DNA from: an uncultured virus (IMG/VR IMGVR_UViG_3300017643_000059)
Lineage: Duplodnaviria; Heunggongvirae; Uroviricota; Caudoviricetes
DNA: 64,000 nt
IMG/VR virus record: IMGVR_UViG_3300017643_000059
Reading direction: 5' to 3' (one strand)
A program made the translations under genes and the position numbers. Shown in pieces: positions 55,209 to 64,000 of this stretch. Numbering within the stretch: position 1 is the stretch's first letter; each line of letters starts with the position of its first letter. The notes under the pieces were generated by a model that ran no database searches, was not told the origin of the DNA, and was given only the letters and a program-made list of their open reading frames with translations.

Positions 55209-55958
55209 TTATTTAACAGGGCGCAGGTGGCTGACGTTCTTGCGATAGCTACCCCAGTCGAAGTTCACCCACATACCACCATCCATCTGGAGGCGATCGA
55301 TAATTCTCGCACCCAGTGCATCCAGCAACCCATCGTGATTCAGGTTCGTCAGGATCCCGACCGGGCGCATCGATGACAGACGACGGTCGATAACCTGATT
55401 CAGAATGACTTTCTCGCTGCTGCTACCGCGCTGAATACCGACTTCGTCCAGCACCAGCAGATCAACTTTGCAGAGGTCGTCCAGCAACGCTGCCTCTGAC
55501 TGCCCACCGTCGTAGCATTCGCGAACACGCAGCATCAGGTCAGGAACAGTGACCACCAGAACGGAACGCCCGGCAGCGAGAAGATAATTACCGACGGCGG
55601 CTGCCAGATGGTTTTTTCCGGTACCCGGCGCTCCTCTGAATACGAAGCTGGCGAAACCACCACCGAAATTCTGGGCATAGCTTTTTGCCAAACTCAGGGC
55701 TTTCCTCTGCCCATCACCGGTAACCTGGTAATTGGCGAAAGTGCAGCTGCGGTGCAAATCCTGAATTCCGGAGCGACCGAAAATCTTTTCTGCCCTGGCG
55801 CGCTGATTCAGCTTGTCGATTTCCTCTGAACGCTTACGGCCTTCCAACTCCTGCCATGCCTGCCACTCTTCGACGCTGTTAAACTTCGGCTGCACGCTGG
55901 CCGGTATGATTCTTTTCAGGCGCTCAAGGGCACTTCCAGTCCCGATCATGTTTTTCAT
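55209..55958 (-). CDS. DnaC-like helicase loader
   Basis: GAPGTGKNHLA, LLVLDEVG and FDWGSYR motifs. Confidence 0.92.
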   Translation of the reverse strand: MKNMIGTGSALERLKRIIPASVQPKFNSVEEWQAWQELEGRKRSEEIDKLNQRARAEKIFGRSGIQDLHRSCTFANYQVTGDGQRKALSLAKSYAQNFGGGFASFVFRGAPGTGKNHLAAAVGNYLLAAGRSVLVVTVPDLMLRVRECYDGGQSEAALLDDLCKVDLLVLDEVGIQRGSSSEKVILNQVIDRRLSSMRPVGILTNLNHDGLLDALGARIIDRLQMDGGMWVNFDWGSYRKNVSHLRPVK

Positions 55959-55960
55959 CG

Positions 55961-56875
55961 TTACCCCCTGAATCCTGATGGAATTTTTTTGTCAGGCTGT
56001 GAAATTTGATTCACATCCCTACTGGTTTTGCGATCGCTGAAGCCGAATTTGGGTTTGAACAATCCCTGGTACCCGTTAGCGATGCTGGTGTTGATTACGT
56101 CAACCGGGTTAAACCCTTCGTCCAGGCAGGCCTTCAGCAGATTGAATGCTTTGGTCACAGTCAGTTCGGTTTTGATGGCTTTGCCAGACTGCTGGCGATA
56201 GGTGACCCATTCCTCCCATGACGAAGCATCCAGCCATTCAGGAACTGGAACGCTCAGCGGCTCAAACTTCACCTTCCCCTTTGGGGGATTAGAGGGGGTT
56301 AGATCTGTATTTATATTTGTCTTTGGAAGAATGTCTTTGGTGTTCCCTGTTTTCAGGGATCCATTTCCCTGTTTTTGGGGATGGTTATCCCCGTTTTCAG
56401 GGATGGTTGAAGGGGTAAAATCGCTATCCCTAAATTCAGGGATGGTAATAACCCATGTGACAATTTCAGCGGCCGGGAAAGCCGCCGGACATTTCGTGCA
56501 ATTTGGTTTTGCATAAGCCCATTTATCCAGGCTGGTATTAATCCCGATGTATCTGGTTTGCCCAATTCGGCGCAGGATGATGATGTTCCGATAGGCGAGG
56601 CTCAGCACAGCTTCAGATACATGCTTCACCTTAAGCGTCGTTTTGTCAGCAATAAGACTGTTGGCGATCCGGTCGGATTTTTTCGACCAGCCATAGGTCA
56701 GACGAACGATAGCATTCAGCACCCGGAATTCTCGTCCGGATAACTCGACGATACACAGGGCATCCTGGATCTGATTGGCTAAACGTAAATAGCCATTTTC
56801 CAGATCAGCCATACGGCTCTCCTGTTGCGCCGGAGCAGGCGCAGGGAATTTGTATATTTCAGCGGTATTTGACAT
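55961..56875 (-). CDS. Lambda O-like replication initiator
   Basis: ADLENGYLRLAN..RLTYGWSKK; internal iterons. Confidence 0.9.
   Translation of the reverse strand: MSNTAEIYKFPAPAPAQQESRMADLENGYLRLANQIQDALCIVELSGREFRVLNAIVRLTYGWSKKSDRIANSLIADKTTLKVKHVSEAVLSLAYRNIIILRRIGQTRYIGINTSLDKWAYAKPNCTKCPAAFPAAEIVTWVITIPEFRDSDFTPSTIPENGDNHPQKQGNGSLKTGNTKDILPKTNINTDLTPSNPPKGKVKFEPLSVPVPEWLDASSWEEWVTYRQQSGKAIKTELTVTKAFNLLKACLDEGFNPVDVINTSIANGYQGLFKPKFGFSDRKTSRDVNQISQPDKKIPSGFRG
56343..56443. repeat. Replication origin iterons (four, 18 bp)
   Basis: WTCCC-N8-GGGAT at 56343, 56365, 56387 and 56426. Confidence 0.8.
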
Positions 56876-56949
56876 ACTTATCTCCGCAATTACCTACCGT
56901 ATTTGCACCTGAAAGCCGTTGGTGTTCGAGCACCGCGGCTTTCAACCTT

Positions 56950-57204
56950 TCAGAACAGACCCTGTTGCTTCCCGCGCTTAACGCGTTTCGCTTCGAACCG
57001 GTCTGCTGGCAGCATCTGTTTCTCTGCCCATAACTTTGCGTGACGCAAAACATCATCAAAAATCCTCCCCTTACGGCTTGCCTGAGACATGCGCTTGTAC
57101 ATATCGACGGCCTGAAATGCCCCCCCCTGCGCGATCGCAGCGGTGAAACCCTGCCGGATAAGCTCCTCACGAACATGCTTTTCAATGAAATCCATATGGT
57201 TCAT
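56950..57204 (-). CDS. Hypothetical protein
   Basis: ORF between the CII-like and O genes. Confidence 0.6.
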   Translation of the reverse strand: MNHMDFIEKHVREELIRQGFTAAIAQGGAFQAVDMYKRMSQASRKGRIFDDVLRHAKLWAEKQMLPADRFEAKRVKRGKQQGLF

Positions 57205-57215
57205 GGTCGGCCCCG

Positions 57216-57752
57216 TTACATGACGCCCAGCATTGAAGTCACAAGGCTCATCAGTACGCCGTATTGCTCTGGCATAAGGCCAAATAGCGACACGATGCCC
57301 TCACTGACTTCTTTGAGCTTCTGATGCTCTGGCGCATTGAGCATTACCGCCCGCTTTGCCTCACCGCATTCTTTAATGGCCGCTGCAATACGCAGGGTGT
57401 GATCGTCCTGAGGCACCAGTCGGCCACGGAACTCAAGCGGGAGAACGGCGATGATTGCGGGCGACAGCTGGCGGATATTTTCTCTGGCGTAGTCCGTATC
57501 ACCATCAAGCCAGCGAAACAGCTTCTGCCGCTTACGGCTCAGTTCATCGGGAAACTCCAGCCCGGTACCGCCCTGTCGTCCCCACTCTTCGGTGATGAGG
57601 CCGGCCACTACATCCTGGTTATCAATCTGTGCAGCCCAGGCGCGAACGGCGTCGCGGATCTGTTCATGCGTATCGGGTCGATTGAGGTGATTGCGATTTA
57701 TCATCGCTGCGGGTGTAAACCCGGTATTTTGTTGAAATGAAATTGAATGCAC
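57216..57752 (-). CDS. YdaT/CII-like regulator
   Basis: IRDAVRAWA..RQKLFRWLD..LPLEFR; follows cro. Confidence 0.78.
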   Translation of the reverse strand: MHSISFQQNTGFTPAAMINRNHLNRPDTHEQIRDAVRAWAAQIDNQDVVAGLITEEWGRQGGTGLEFPDELSRKRQKLFRWLDGDTDYARENIRQLSPAIIAVLPLEFRGRLVPQDDHTLRIAAAIKECGEAKRAVMLNAPEHQKLKEVSEGIVSLFGLMPEQYGVLMSLVTSMLGVM

Positions 57753-57754
57753 GG

Positions 57755-57979
57755 TTACGCCCTCGCTTCCTGCTTCGGTAATCCATCCGTGGGGTTTGGA
57801 TACAGATCAGGGCGCAATTCGTGCGGAGTAACGCCGGTTGCGTTGAAAATTGATAAAACACGATCGGCAGGCACTCCATTTTTCCGCCATAAAGAGACAG
57901 CCATTTTTGATACACCGATTGCTACCCCAAGAGCGCTTGCTGAGCCAAACGTACGAATTGCGTTTTCAATACCAGTCAT
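57755..57979 (-). CDS. Cro/YdaS-like HTH protein
   Basis: GVTPHELRPDLYPNPTDGLP; divergent from the repressor gene. Confidence 0.87.
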   Translation of the reverse strand: MTGIENAIRTFGSASALGVAIGVSKMAVSLWRKNGVPADRVLSIFNATGVTPHELRPDLYPNPTDGLPKQEARA

Positions 57980-58002
57980 AAGACCTCCTTAGATGAGGCA
58001 AA

Positions 58003-58068
58003 GTAAAGCATCAATTTACTAACAAGTCAATTGATGCATGCCTATCAAGAAGTAAAGCAAACATTTAC
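58003..58068. promoter_or_regulatory. OR operators with pR and pRM
   Basis: GTAAAGCA-N4-TTTAC at 58003 and 58052; minus-strand TTGACT-17-TTTACT; TACAAT 6 nt before the repressor ATG. Confidence 0.75.
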
Positions 58069-58077
58069 AATGCGGAT

Positions 58078-58461
58078 ATGAGCGAAAACAAACCGATGAA
58101 TGGTCTGGTTGCCAGGCTTACAGAACTGAACGTGAAAGGCTTTTCGAAAACCGAAATGGCCAAGATAGCTGGTGTCAGCAAACAAGCTGTTTCTGGTTGG
58201 TTCAAAACAGGGAGAATTAGCAAAGAATCCGCACTGGCTTTGGCTGATGCTGCAGGTGTATCTGTCCCTTGGCTACTCGGTGAGGATGTTGGTGAAAAAG
58301 ACGGACTGAAGCCTGACGAGCAGCGACTTTTGGAACTCTATCGGCAGTTGCCAGATGAAGAAGAACAGCAGAACATATTGCGGATCATATCTCTGCGTCT
58401 GAAGGAGCTTGATGAGTTGTATGCCAAGTATATGGGGCGCAGGATTAAGGGTGACACCTAG
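58078..58461 (+). CDS. Prophage repressor, HTH only (no S24 peptidase domain)
   Basis: SKTEMAKIAGVSKQAVSGW..WLLGE; 127 aa. Confidence 0.85.
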   Translation: MSENKPMNGLVARLTELNVKGFSKTEMAKIAGVSKQAVSGWFKTGRISKESALALADAAGVSVPWLLGEDVGEKDGLKPDEQRLLELYRQLPDEEEQQNILRIISLRLKELDELYAKYMGRRIKGDT

Positions 58462-58571
58462 TAGCTGTTTGCGGATATCACAAACAGAATAGCTGGCAGC
58501 CGCAATGATCGGTATCTCTGGCTATTGCAGTAGCCAAATTAATCTTCCAACCCGTCCGCCGCCCGGGTTTT

Positions 58572-58778
58572 TTAATGCCCTTTTCCAACCATAGCTGCCG
58601 CGTCTCGCAAAATGCCTTTGTGGATCACGTTGCCTACAGCCTTGCGCTTAGCCTCCAGGCTATCAACAATCGCATCTCTACTTATCACTACTCCGCTAAT
58701 TATCAATTCGACAACTGCCCCACCAATCTCGCCAGCAATGAACGCCGCGCGGTCTTCTTCCAGTTCGTTACGATCCAC
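58572..58778 (-). CDS. 68-aa hypothetical protein between the repressor gene and pL
   Basis: GAGGTG RBS; convergent with the repressor gene. Confidence 0.6.
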   Translation of the reverse strand: MDRNELEEDRAAFIAGEIGGAVVELIISGVVISRDAIVDSLEAKRKAVGNVIHKGILRDAAAMVGKGH

Positions 58779-58860
58779 AAGTCACCTCTCTGATGTTTTT
58801 TTAATCATACACATATTCAACCGATGCCCACAGCACTAATCTGCATAACTCTCGCCCTCA

Positions 58861-58924
58861 GTACAGCATTACTTTACATTTTAATTCACTCTAGCTTGAC
58901 TTAAAAGTAAAGCAGTGTTTTACT
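58861..58924 (+). promoter_or_regulatory. OL operators and pL
   Basis: GTACAGCATTACTTTAC and GTAAAGCAGTGTTTTAC; TTGACT-17-TTTACT. Confidence 0.72.
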
Positions 58925-59067
58925 TACTCCATCGCAACACGACCACCCAGGCAGGACGCCCACGAAGTAGCGGCCCGGCGCATACGAAGACCGGGATGAG
59001 GTGGAGAAGTTAACGCGCAGCAGGTTTAAAACTCAGTTCTGACGCCGGGAAAGACCGGGAGGATAAA

Positions 59068-59268
59068 ATGCAAACTAACCAGGAAGTACCAAAAAACGGT
59101 CGCCCAGTATCAATGCGCAACCACCGCACAGGAGCAGCATGGCTGGTGTCATTCGATTACCGCGACAACACATACTGGCACGAACCTCAGGGAAACCTTC
59201 GCCACATTCGTCGACCTTACAGCTCCCATGCAATTGAACCTAACTTAGTACCGGCGGGGACGCACTAA
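59068..59268 (+). CDS. First pL-operon protein, hypothetical
   Basis: GGAGG RBS. Confidence 0.65.
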   Translation: MQTNQEVPKNGRPVSMRNHRTGAAWLVSFDYRDNTYWHEPQGNLRHIRRPYSSHAIEPNLVPAGTH

Positions 59269-59450
59269 TGGGAACGCTGTTTGCTCTGGTATTAACGATC
59301 GCCATGACGAACGGTGATTATCAGGATGTTGTTCTTGGCGTTTACGACAGCCAGCAGGAATGCCAGGCCGCAGCCGACGAACAACAGGTTAACGGGGAAT
59401 GCTGGCCAGTTAAGCAAATCACTCATAACGGTGACCTGTCATCACATTAA
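59268..59450 (+). CDS. DUF1482/YdfD-like protein
   Basis: FALVLT..QEC.AAA.EQ...GECWPV. Confidence 0.75.
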   Translation: MGTLFALVLTIAMTNGDYQDVVLGVYDSQQECQAAADEQQVNGECWPVKQITHNGDLSSH

Positions 59451-59461
59451 AGGGGGATGGG

Positions 59462-59620
59462 ATGCAGAAAGAATGCGGTTATTGCCGCAAACCGGTTGAA
59501 GAAGGAAAAGAAGTAAAAAGCACTCTGTTCTATCGCCACGGCAACCAGCTGGCGCGCAAAGAAAAAGAATATTGCTCGAATCAATGCGCCGAATATGACC
59601 AGATGGCGCACGAAAGTTAA
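59462..59620 (+). CDS. YdaE-like zinc-binding protein (not in the ORF track)
   Basis: MQKECGYCRKP..EYCSNQCAEYDQMAHES. Confidence 0.75.
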   Translation: MQKECGYCRKPVEEGKEVKSTLFYRHGNQLARKEKEYCSNQCAEYDQMAHES

Positions 59621-59707
59621 TTAGTAGCCCTGAAATATGAAATGAAAAATTCGCCATTTATCTGGCGTGGATCCTTACACCCTGAATAAACCAACAGGAG
59701 CAGTTTT

Positions 59708-59995
59708 ATGGAAATCGTAAAAGTCGAATTAAACCTGAAAGAAGTAAATAAAGAAGTCGCCGTGTTCAACTGTGAGAAGAAAGTCTCAGGCGTCATCCAC
59801 ACCACCGAAGACGGTAAAACCACCGTCGTTCTTGATGGTGGCTATGTGCTCGGAAAGTTCAATTGCCCGCATTGTGCTGTCACGGAAATCTCCATGCTGG
59901 CCGTGAAAATCAGCGAAGGCAATAAGAAAGGACTGGGTAATTATCGCCAATATAAACGCGATTTTATGGAAGAGGCGATCTCCATTTTTCATTAA
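59708..59995 (+). CDS. Hypothetical protein
   Basis: AGGAG RBS; CPHC motif. Confidence 0.65.
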   Translation: MEIVKVELNLKEVNKEVAVFNCEKKVSGVIHTTEDGKTTVVLDGGYVLGKFNCPHCAVTEISMLAVKISEGNKKGLGNYRQYKRDFMEEAISIFH

Positions 59996-60134
59996 GAAAA
60001 AGCCCACACGAGGTGGGCCTGCCCTGTCCGGTCTCACCGACCAAAGCGAACCGGACATTTTTACCAAACCAAAAATATACCCGATGGGCGCTATCTCTAG
60101 CCCGGGGATCTTACATCCAAAAAGAGGATCTCAC

Positions 60135-63100
60135 ATGGAATTTTTCTATGTAGTAAAAGCTACGCAGAAATCCGGAAAAGAAGATGCAGTGATTTGGTTC
60201 ACTGCTAAATCAGAAGCCCGTGCCAACCTGCAGCTCGATGTTGAGCTGGAAGATGCCGGTATTGAAACCGGACGTGGTAAAGATTACACCAAACCGGTTC
60301 GTACCGATTTTCCAGTGTATAACGACCTTCCTGATGAAAGCACCGTGGATTATTCATGGTGCAAACGCTACGAGCTGGACGAAGACCAGCGTACCTGGAA
60401 AATTAAACTGCCGGCGGGTGACAAACAGCAGGATGATGCCGGGAAGTCTGATGTTATGACTGGCGAAGGCAACAGTACAGAGGAAGTAAAACCGGCATTA
60501 CTCCGCCCAGTATCGCGACTGCGCCTCCCGCAACGCCTCATCGCGCACCTGATTAATGACACTGAAGAAAAGGAAATCAGCGAAGAGCAGCACATCCAGA
60601 TCGGGCAGATGGAAAACGATGATAGCAACCAGTACGTGCAGAATATGTTACTGGCAGTAGCTAACGTTACTGATATCAGGGAGCTTTCCGCCCATGTTGA
60701 GTGGAACCTGGTGAGTGCAATTAAACAAGTGTTCCAGCGCGATCAGGTTTATACCGTCAGTTCATTCGAAGAGTTTATGACTGAATGGGTCAGCGCGCCT
60801 GAAACCAGAACCACCACCCTTCAAAAATGGCTTTTTGATAAAGAGCCAGAAATTGTTGTTAAGGGTGAAAGCCCCCTTTCAACAACTGTGCTGATTGCCA
60901 TAGCAACCCTCCCCCTGCGCCAGCGCATTCTTGCTCAGTTCATTTCCGATGAATACGCATACCACATCGATACTGATCAGAAGAAAGTTATTCAACAGCT
61001 CGAAATGGATGTTGATAACAGCTACGTGCAGAACATGATCCTGGCTGCTGAGAATGTTGAACCTTTTAAGACAGCACCGGAGATCGATATTTCCAGAGTG
61101 ATTTCCGCGCTGAAAACCGTTTTTCCGGTAGAAGGAAAACGTACTGAGCTATCACTCATCATCCAGTTCTTCAAGGCCTGGTTTTGTACAGAGCATATTG
61201 ATCGCGGCCTGCTGGTAAAAGAATGGGTTAAGGGTAATCGGGTTAGCACGATTAATCGTACCCCTTCCGGTGCGAACGCTGGCGGCGGTAATAAAACTGA
61301 CCGACTGACGCCACTCACAAAAACAGGCCGCGATTACGAATTAGCGATGGGTCTGCTGGCGCGTCTGCTTGAGTTTGATATTTACTCCCCACCGCTTGAG
61401 ATTGATGTGAAGGCCAATGCCATCATGAATCTCAACTGGACTGGTGAAGATGATGTTCTGGACGAGTTCCTGGCTACCAGCAAACTGTTTGACGAAATGC
61501 CAGGAGGAATGGGCTACTCCCGAGCCTGTAATATCGCAACAGTAAAGACCACTCCTGAAGGGTTGTATAAATCCCCATTCCGCCATCGCGAACACCTGAA
61601 TCGCGTCATGACTGAAACCGATCACGCCCATCCTGACGAATTGGTGGTTGATATCGCATGCGGTCGCTCATCAATGCCAATGCCGATGGCAGCTAAGGTC
61701 GAAGAGCCAACCACTGAAGATGTGGGAAAAATTCTGGCTGCCAGCCGCGGCGAATACGTCGAAGGTATTAGTGACCCCGCCGATCCGAAATGGATAAAAA
61801 CAGCCTCAAATGAAGAGGAAAAACAGGAAGCGGAGACCACCAGCAATGTGCAGGTTCAAAACAATATCGGTAATGAAGAACAGGCTGATGATGCGCTGTT
61901 GTCGGGCGAAAAAGTTATGCACTCAGACAAAAGCGATGCTGGAGCTGGTGAAGAAACAACTGCCGTAGAGCAATCTGCTGCTGAGATTCTTGCCGCTGGC
62001 GCGCCGAACCTCGCGAGCAAGGTTGTCGATGATGTAAACCAGAATTCCGATTCTGTCACCCAAAACAGTGATTCTGTAAACCATTCCGTGCCGGAAGTAC
62101 AGCAAAGTACGCCAGAAACGCAACAGAGCGAACCAGAACAAGCGTGGCCGGAATACTTCGAGCCTGGCCGTTATGAAGGACTGCCAAACGAGGTTTACCA
62201 CGCCGCCAACGGCATCAGCTCAACCCAGGTGAAAGATGCGCGCGTTTCGCTGATGTACTTCAATGCGCGCCACGTTGAGAAAACCATCACCAAAGAACGC
62301 TCTCCGGTGCTGGACATGGGCAACCTGGTGCATGCGCTCGCACTGCAACCTGAACTGCTGGATGCAGAATTTAGCGTTGAACCTGTAATTCCGGAAGGCG
62401 CATTTACCACCACGGCAACGATCCGCGCGTTTATTGATGAGTACAACGCCAGCCTGCCAGCGCAACTGAGCGGAGACGATATCAAGGCTTTGCTAGAGGA
62501 ATACAACGCCACTCTGCCTGCACAGGTGCCGCTGGGTGGTTCAGCCGAGGAAACCGGCCAGAGCTATATGTCTCTGCCCGAAGAGTACCAGCGTATCGAA
62601 GCGGATCAGAAGCAGACCGCAGCGGCGATGAAAGCCTGCATCAAGGAATACAACGCCACTCTGCCTGCACAGGTGAAAACCAGTGGTAGCCGTGATGCGT
62701 TACTCGAGCAGTTGGCAATCATCAATCCTGACCTGGTGGCGCAGGAAGCGCAGAAGCCTCAACCGTTGAAAGTTTCCGGTACCAAAGCAGATCTGATTCA
62801 GGCCGTGAAGTCTGTTAATCCGGACGCCGTCTTCGCCGACGAACTGCTCGATGCGTGGCGCGACAACCCGGAAGGAAAAGTGCTGGTTACCCGTCAGCAG
62901 CTAAGCACTGCGCTGGCCATTCAGTCAGCACTGCTCCAGCACCCTACCGCTGGGAAACTGCTGACCCACCCAAGCCGCGCAGTTGAGGTCAGCTACTTTG
63001 GCTTCGATGAGGAAACAGGTCTTGAAGTCCGCGTTCGCCCGGATCTTGAAATCGACCTGGACGGCGTGCGTATCGGTGCCGACCTGAAAACCATCAGCAT

Positions 63101-63437
63101 GTGGAACGTTAAGCAGGACGGCCTGCGCGCCAAACTGCATCGGGAAATAACAGAACGGGATTATCACCTGAGCGCGGCCATGTACTGCGAAACTGCGGCG
63201 CTTGACCAGTTCTTCTGGATTTTCGTCAACAAAGACGAGAACTACCACTGGATCGCCATTATCGAGGCATCCGAGGAATTGCTGGAACTCGGCATGCTGG
63301 AATACCGCAAAGCAATGCGCGCGATAGCGAACGGTTTTGACACTGGCGAATGGCCAGCGCCTATCACCGACGACTACACCGACGAACTTAACGACTTCGA
63401 TCTGCGCCGCCTTGAAGCGCTGCGTACTCAGGCATAA
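60135..63437 (+). CDS. recE: RecE-like exonuclease VIII
   Basis: YHAANGISS, RVRPD..DLKT..YHLSAAMY C-terminal nuclease; start ATG 60135. Confidence 0.9.
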   Translation: MEFFYVVKATQKSGKEDAVIWFTAKSEARANLQLDVELEDAGIETGRGKDYTKPVRTDFPVYNDLPDESTVDYSWCKRYELDEDQRTWKIKLPAGDKQQDDAGKSDVMTGEGNSTEEVKPALLRPVSRLRLPQRLIAHLINDTEEKEISEEQHIQIGQMENDDSNQYVQNMLLAVANVTDIRELSAHVEWNLVSAIKQVFQRDQVYTVSSFEEFMTEWVSAPETRTTTLQKWLFDKEPEIVVKGESPLSTTVLIAIATLPLRQRILAQFISDEYAYHIDTDQKKVIQQLEMDVDNSYVQNMILAAENVEPFKTAPEIDISRVISALKTVFPVEGKRTELSLIIQFFKAWFCTEHIDRGLLVKEWVKGNRVSTINRTPSGANAGGGNKTDRLTPLTKTGRDYELAMGLLARLLEFDIYSPPLEIDVKANAIMNLNWTGEDDVLDEFLATSKLFDEMPGGMGYSRACNIATVKTTPEGLYKSPFRHREHLNRVMTETDHAHPDELVVDIACGRSSMPMPMAAKVEEPTTEDVGKILAASRGEYVEGISDPADPKWIKTASNEEEKQEAETTSNVQVQNNIGNEEQADDALLSGEKVMHSDKSDAGAGEETTAVEQSAAEILAAGAPNLASKVVDDVNQNSDSVTQNSDSVNHSVPEVQQSTPETQQSEPEQAWPEYFEPGRYEGLPNEVYHAANGISSTQVKDARVSLMYFNARHVEKTITKERSPVLDMGNLVHALALQPELLDAEFSVEPVIPEGAFTTTATIRAFIDEYNASLPAQLSGDDIKALLEEYNATLPAQVPLGGSAEETGQSYMSLPEEYQRIEADQKQTAAAMKACIKEYNATLPAQVKTSGSRDALLEQLAIINPDLVAQEAQKPQPLKVSGTKADLIQAVKSVNPDAVFADELLDAWRDNPEGKVLVTRQQLSTALAIQSALLQHPTAGKLLTHPSRAVEVSYFGFDEETGLEVRVRPDLEIDLDGVRIGADLKTISMWNVKQDGLRAKLHREITERDYHLSAAMYCETAALDQFFWIFVNKDENYHWIAIIEASEELLELGMLEYRKAMRAIANGFDTGEWPAPITDDYTDELNDFDLRRLEALRTQA

Positions 63438-63448
63438 GGGGAACGATC

Positions 63449-64000
63449 ATGGAAAACACAAACATTGTTACCACTGAGCAACAGGCACCAAACACCATTT
63501 CTGCCAGTAACGCGATTTTCAACGTACAGGCCTTAACTCAGCTTCAGGCTGTTGCTGGGTTAATGGCGCAGGCAGCTGTAACGGTACCTGAGCACCTCCG
63601 CGGCAATCCAGCCGACTGCATGGCTATCATCATGCAGGCTATGCAGTGGGGTATGAACCCGTACGCCGTGGCGCAGAAAACACACCTGGTTAACGGTGTC
63701 CTGGGCTATGAGGCTCAGCTGGTAAACGCAGTGATCTCCAGCTCCAACGCCATCGTTGGGCGCTTTCACTATGAGTATGAGGGTGACTGGTCAAAATGCG
63801 CCAGCAGCCGCGAGGAAATCGTTAAGAAGTCTGCAAAAGGCGGCGGGACGTACGACAAGAAAGAAATGGTGCGCGGATGGGATAGCGCCGATGAGCAAGG
63901 GCTTTCCGTTCGGGTTGGCGCTGTAATTCGCGGTGAAAGTGAAATCACCTGGGGAGAGCCGGTCTTACTGTCCAGCGTAATCACGCGTAACTCGCCACTG
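63449..64000 (+). CDS. recT: RecT-like annealing protein (runs off the window)
   Basis: VPEHLRGNPADCMAI..QWGMNPYAVAQKTHLVNGVLGYEAQLVNA. Confidence 0.88.
   Translation, partial: MENTNIVTTEQQAPNTISASNAIFNVQALTQLQAVAGLMAQAAVTVPEHLRGNPADCMAIIMQAMQWGMNPYAVAQKTHLVNGVLGYEAQLVNAVISSSNAIVGRFHYEYEGDWSKCASSREEIVKKSAKGGGTYDKKEMVRGWDSADEQGLSVRVGAVIRGESEITWGEPVLLSSVITRNSPL

Overview
Enterobacterial chromosome segment made almost entirely of a Rac/Gifsy-like temperate siphovirus prophage (about 1332 to beyond 64000). The prophage appears integrated at the 5' end of ttcA: a ttcC-like fragment lies at 1332-1391, next to an older integrase relic and an NcrC/RcnA Ni/Co exporter. From left to right it carries a Wzy-like O-antigen polymerase, an HK620-type tailspike, tail/head/terminase genes, an HslV-like Ntn peptidase, lysis genes, Q, a LexA-controlled dinI operon, a C5 DNA methyltransferase, replication and immunity genes, and recE/recT. 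Its central tail-tip gene is split by an 18,860-bp composite transposon (6389-25248) bounded by inverted IS1 copies with a perfect 9-bp target duplication. The transposon is a plasmid-derived mosaic of ISKpn26-like IS5, IS26, Tn3 relics, a BCCT transporter, two TA pairs, a ferritin and a mer operon. The best candidates for undescribed biology are (i) the tailspike plus Wzy receptor-conversion pair, (ii) a twin GGAU-tetraloop RNA element repeated upstream of both the scaffold and capsid genes, (iii) an HslV-like peptidase with a long structured leader coupled to terS, and (iv) a lamin-tail-domain moron. All family names come from motif recognition and recall, not from database searches.
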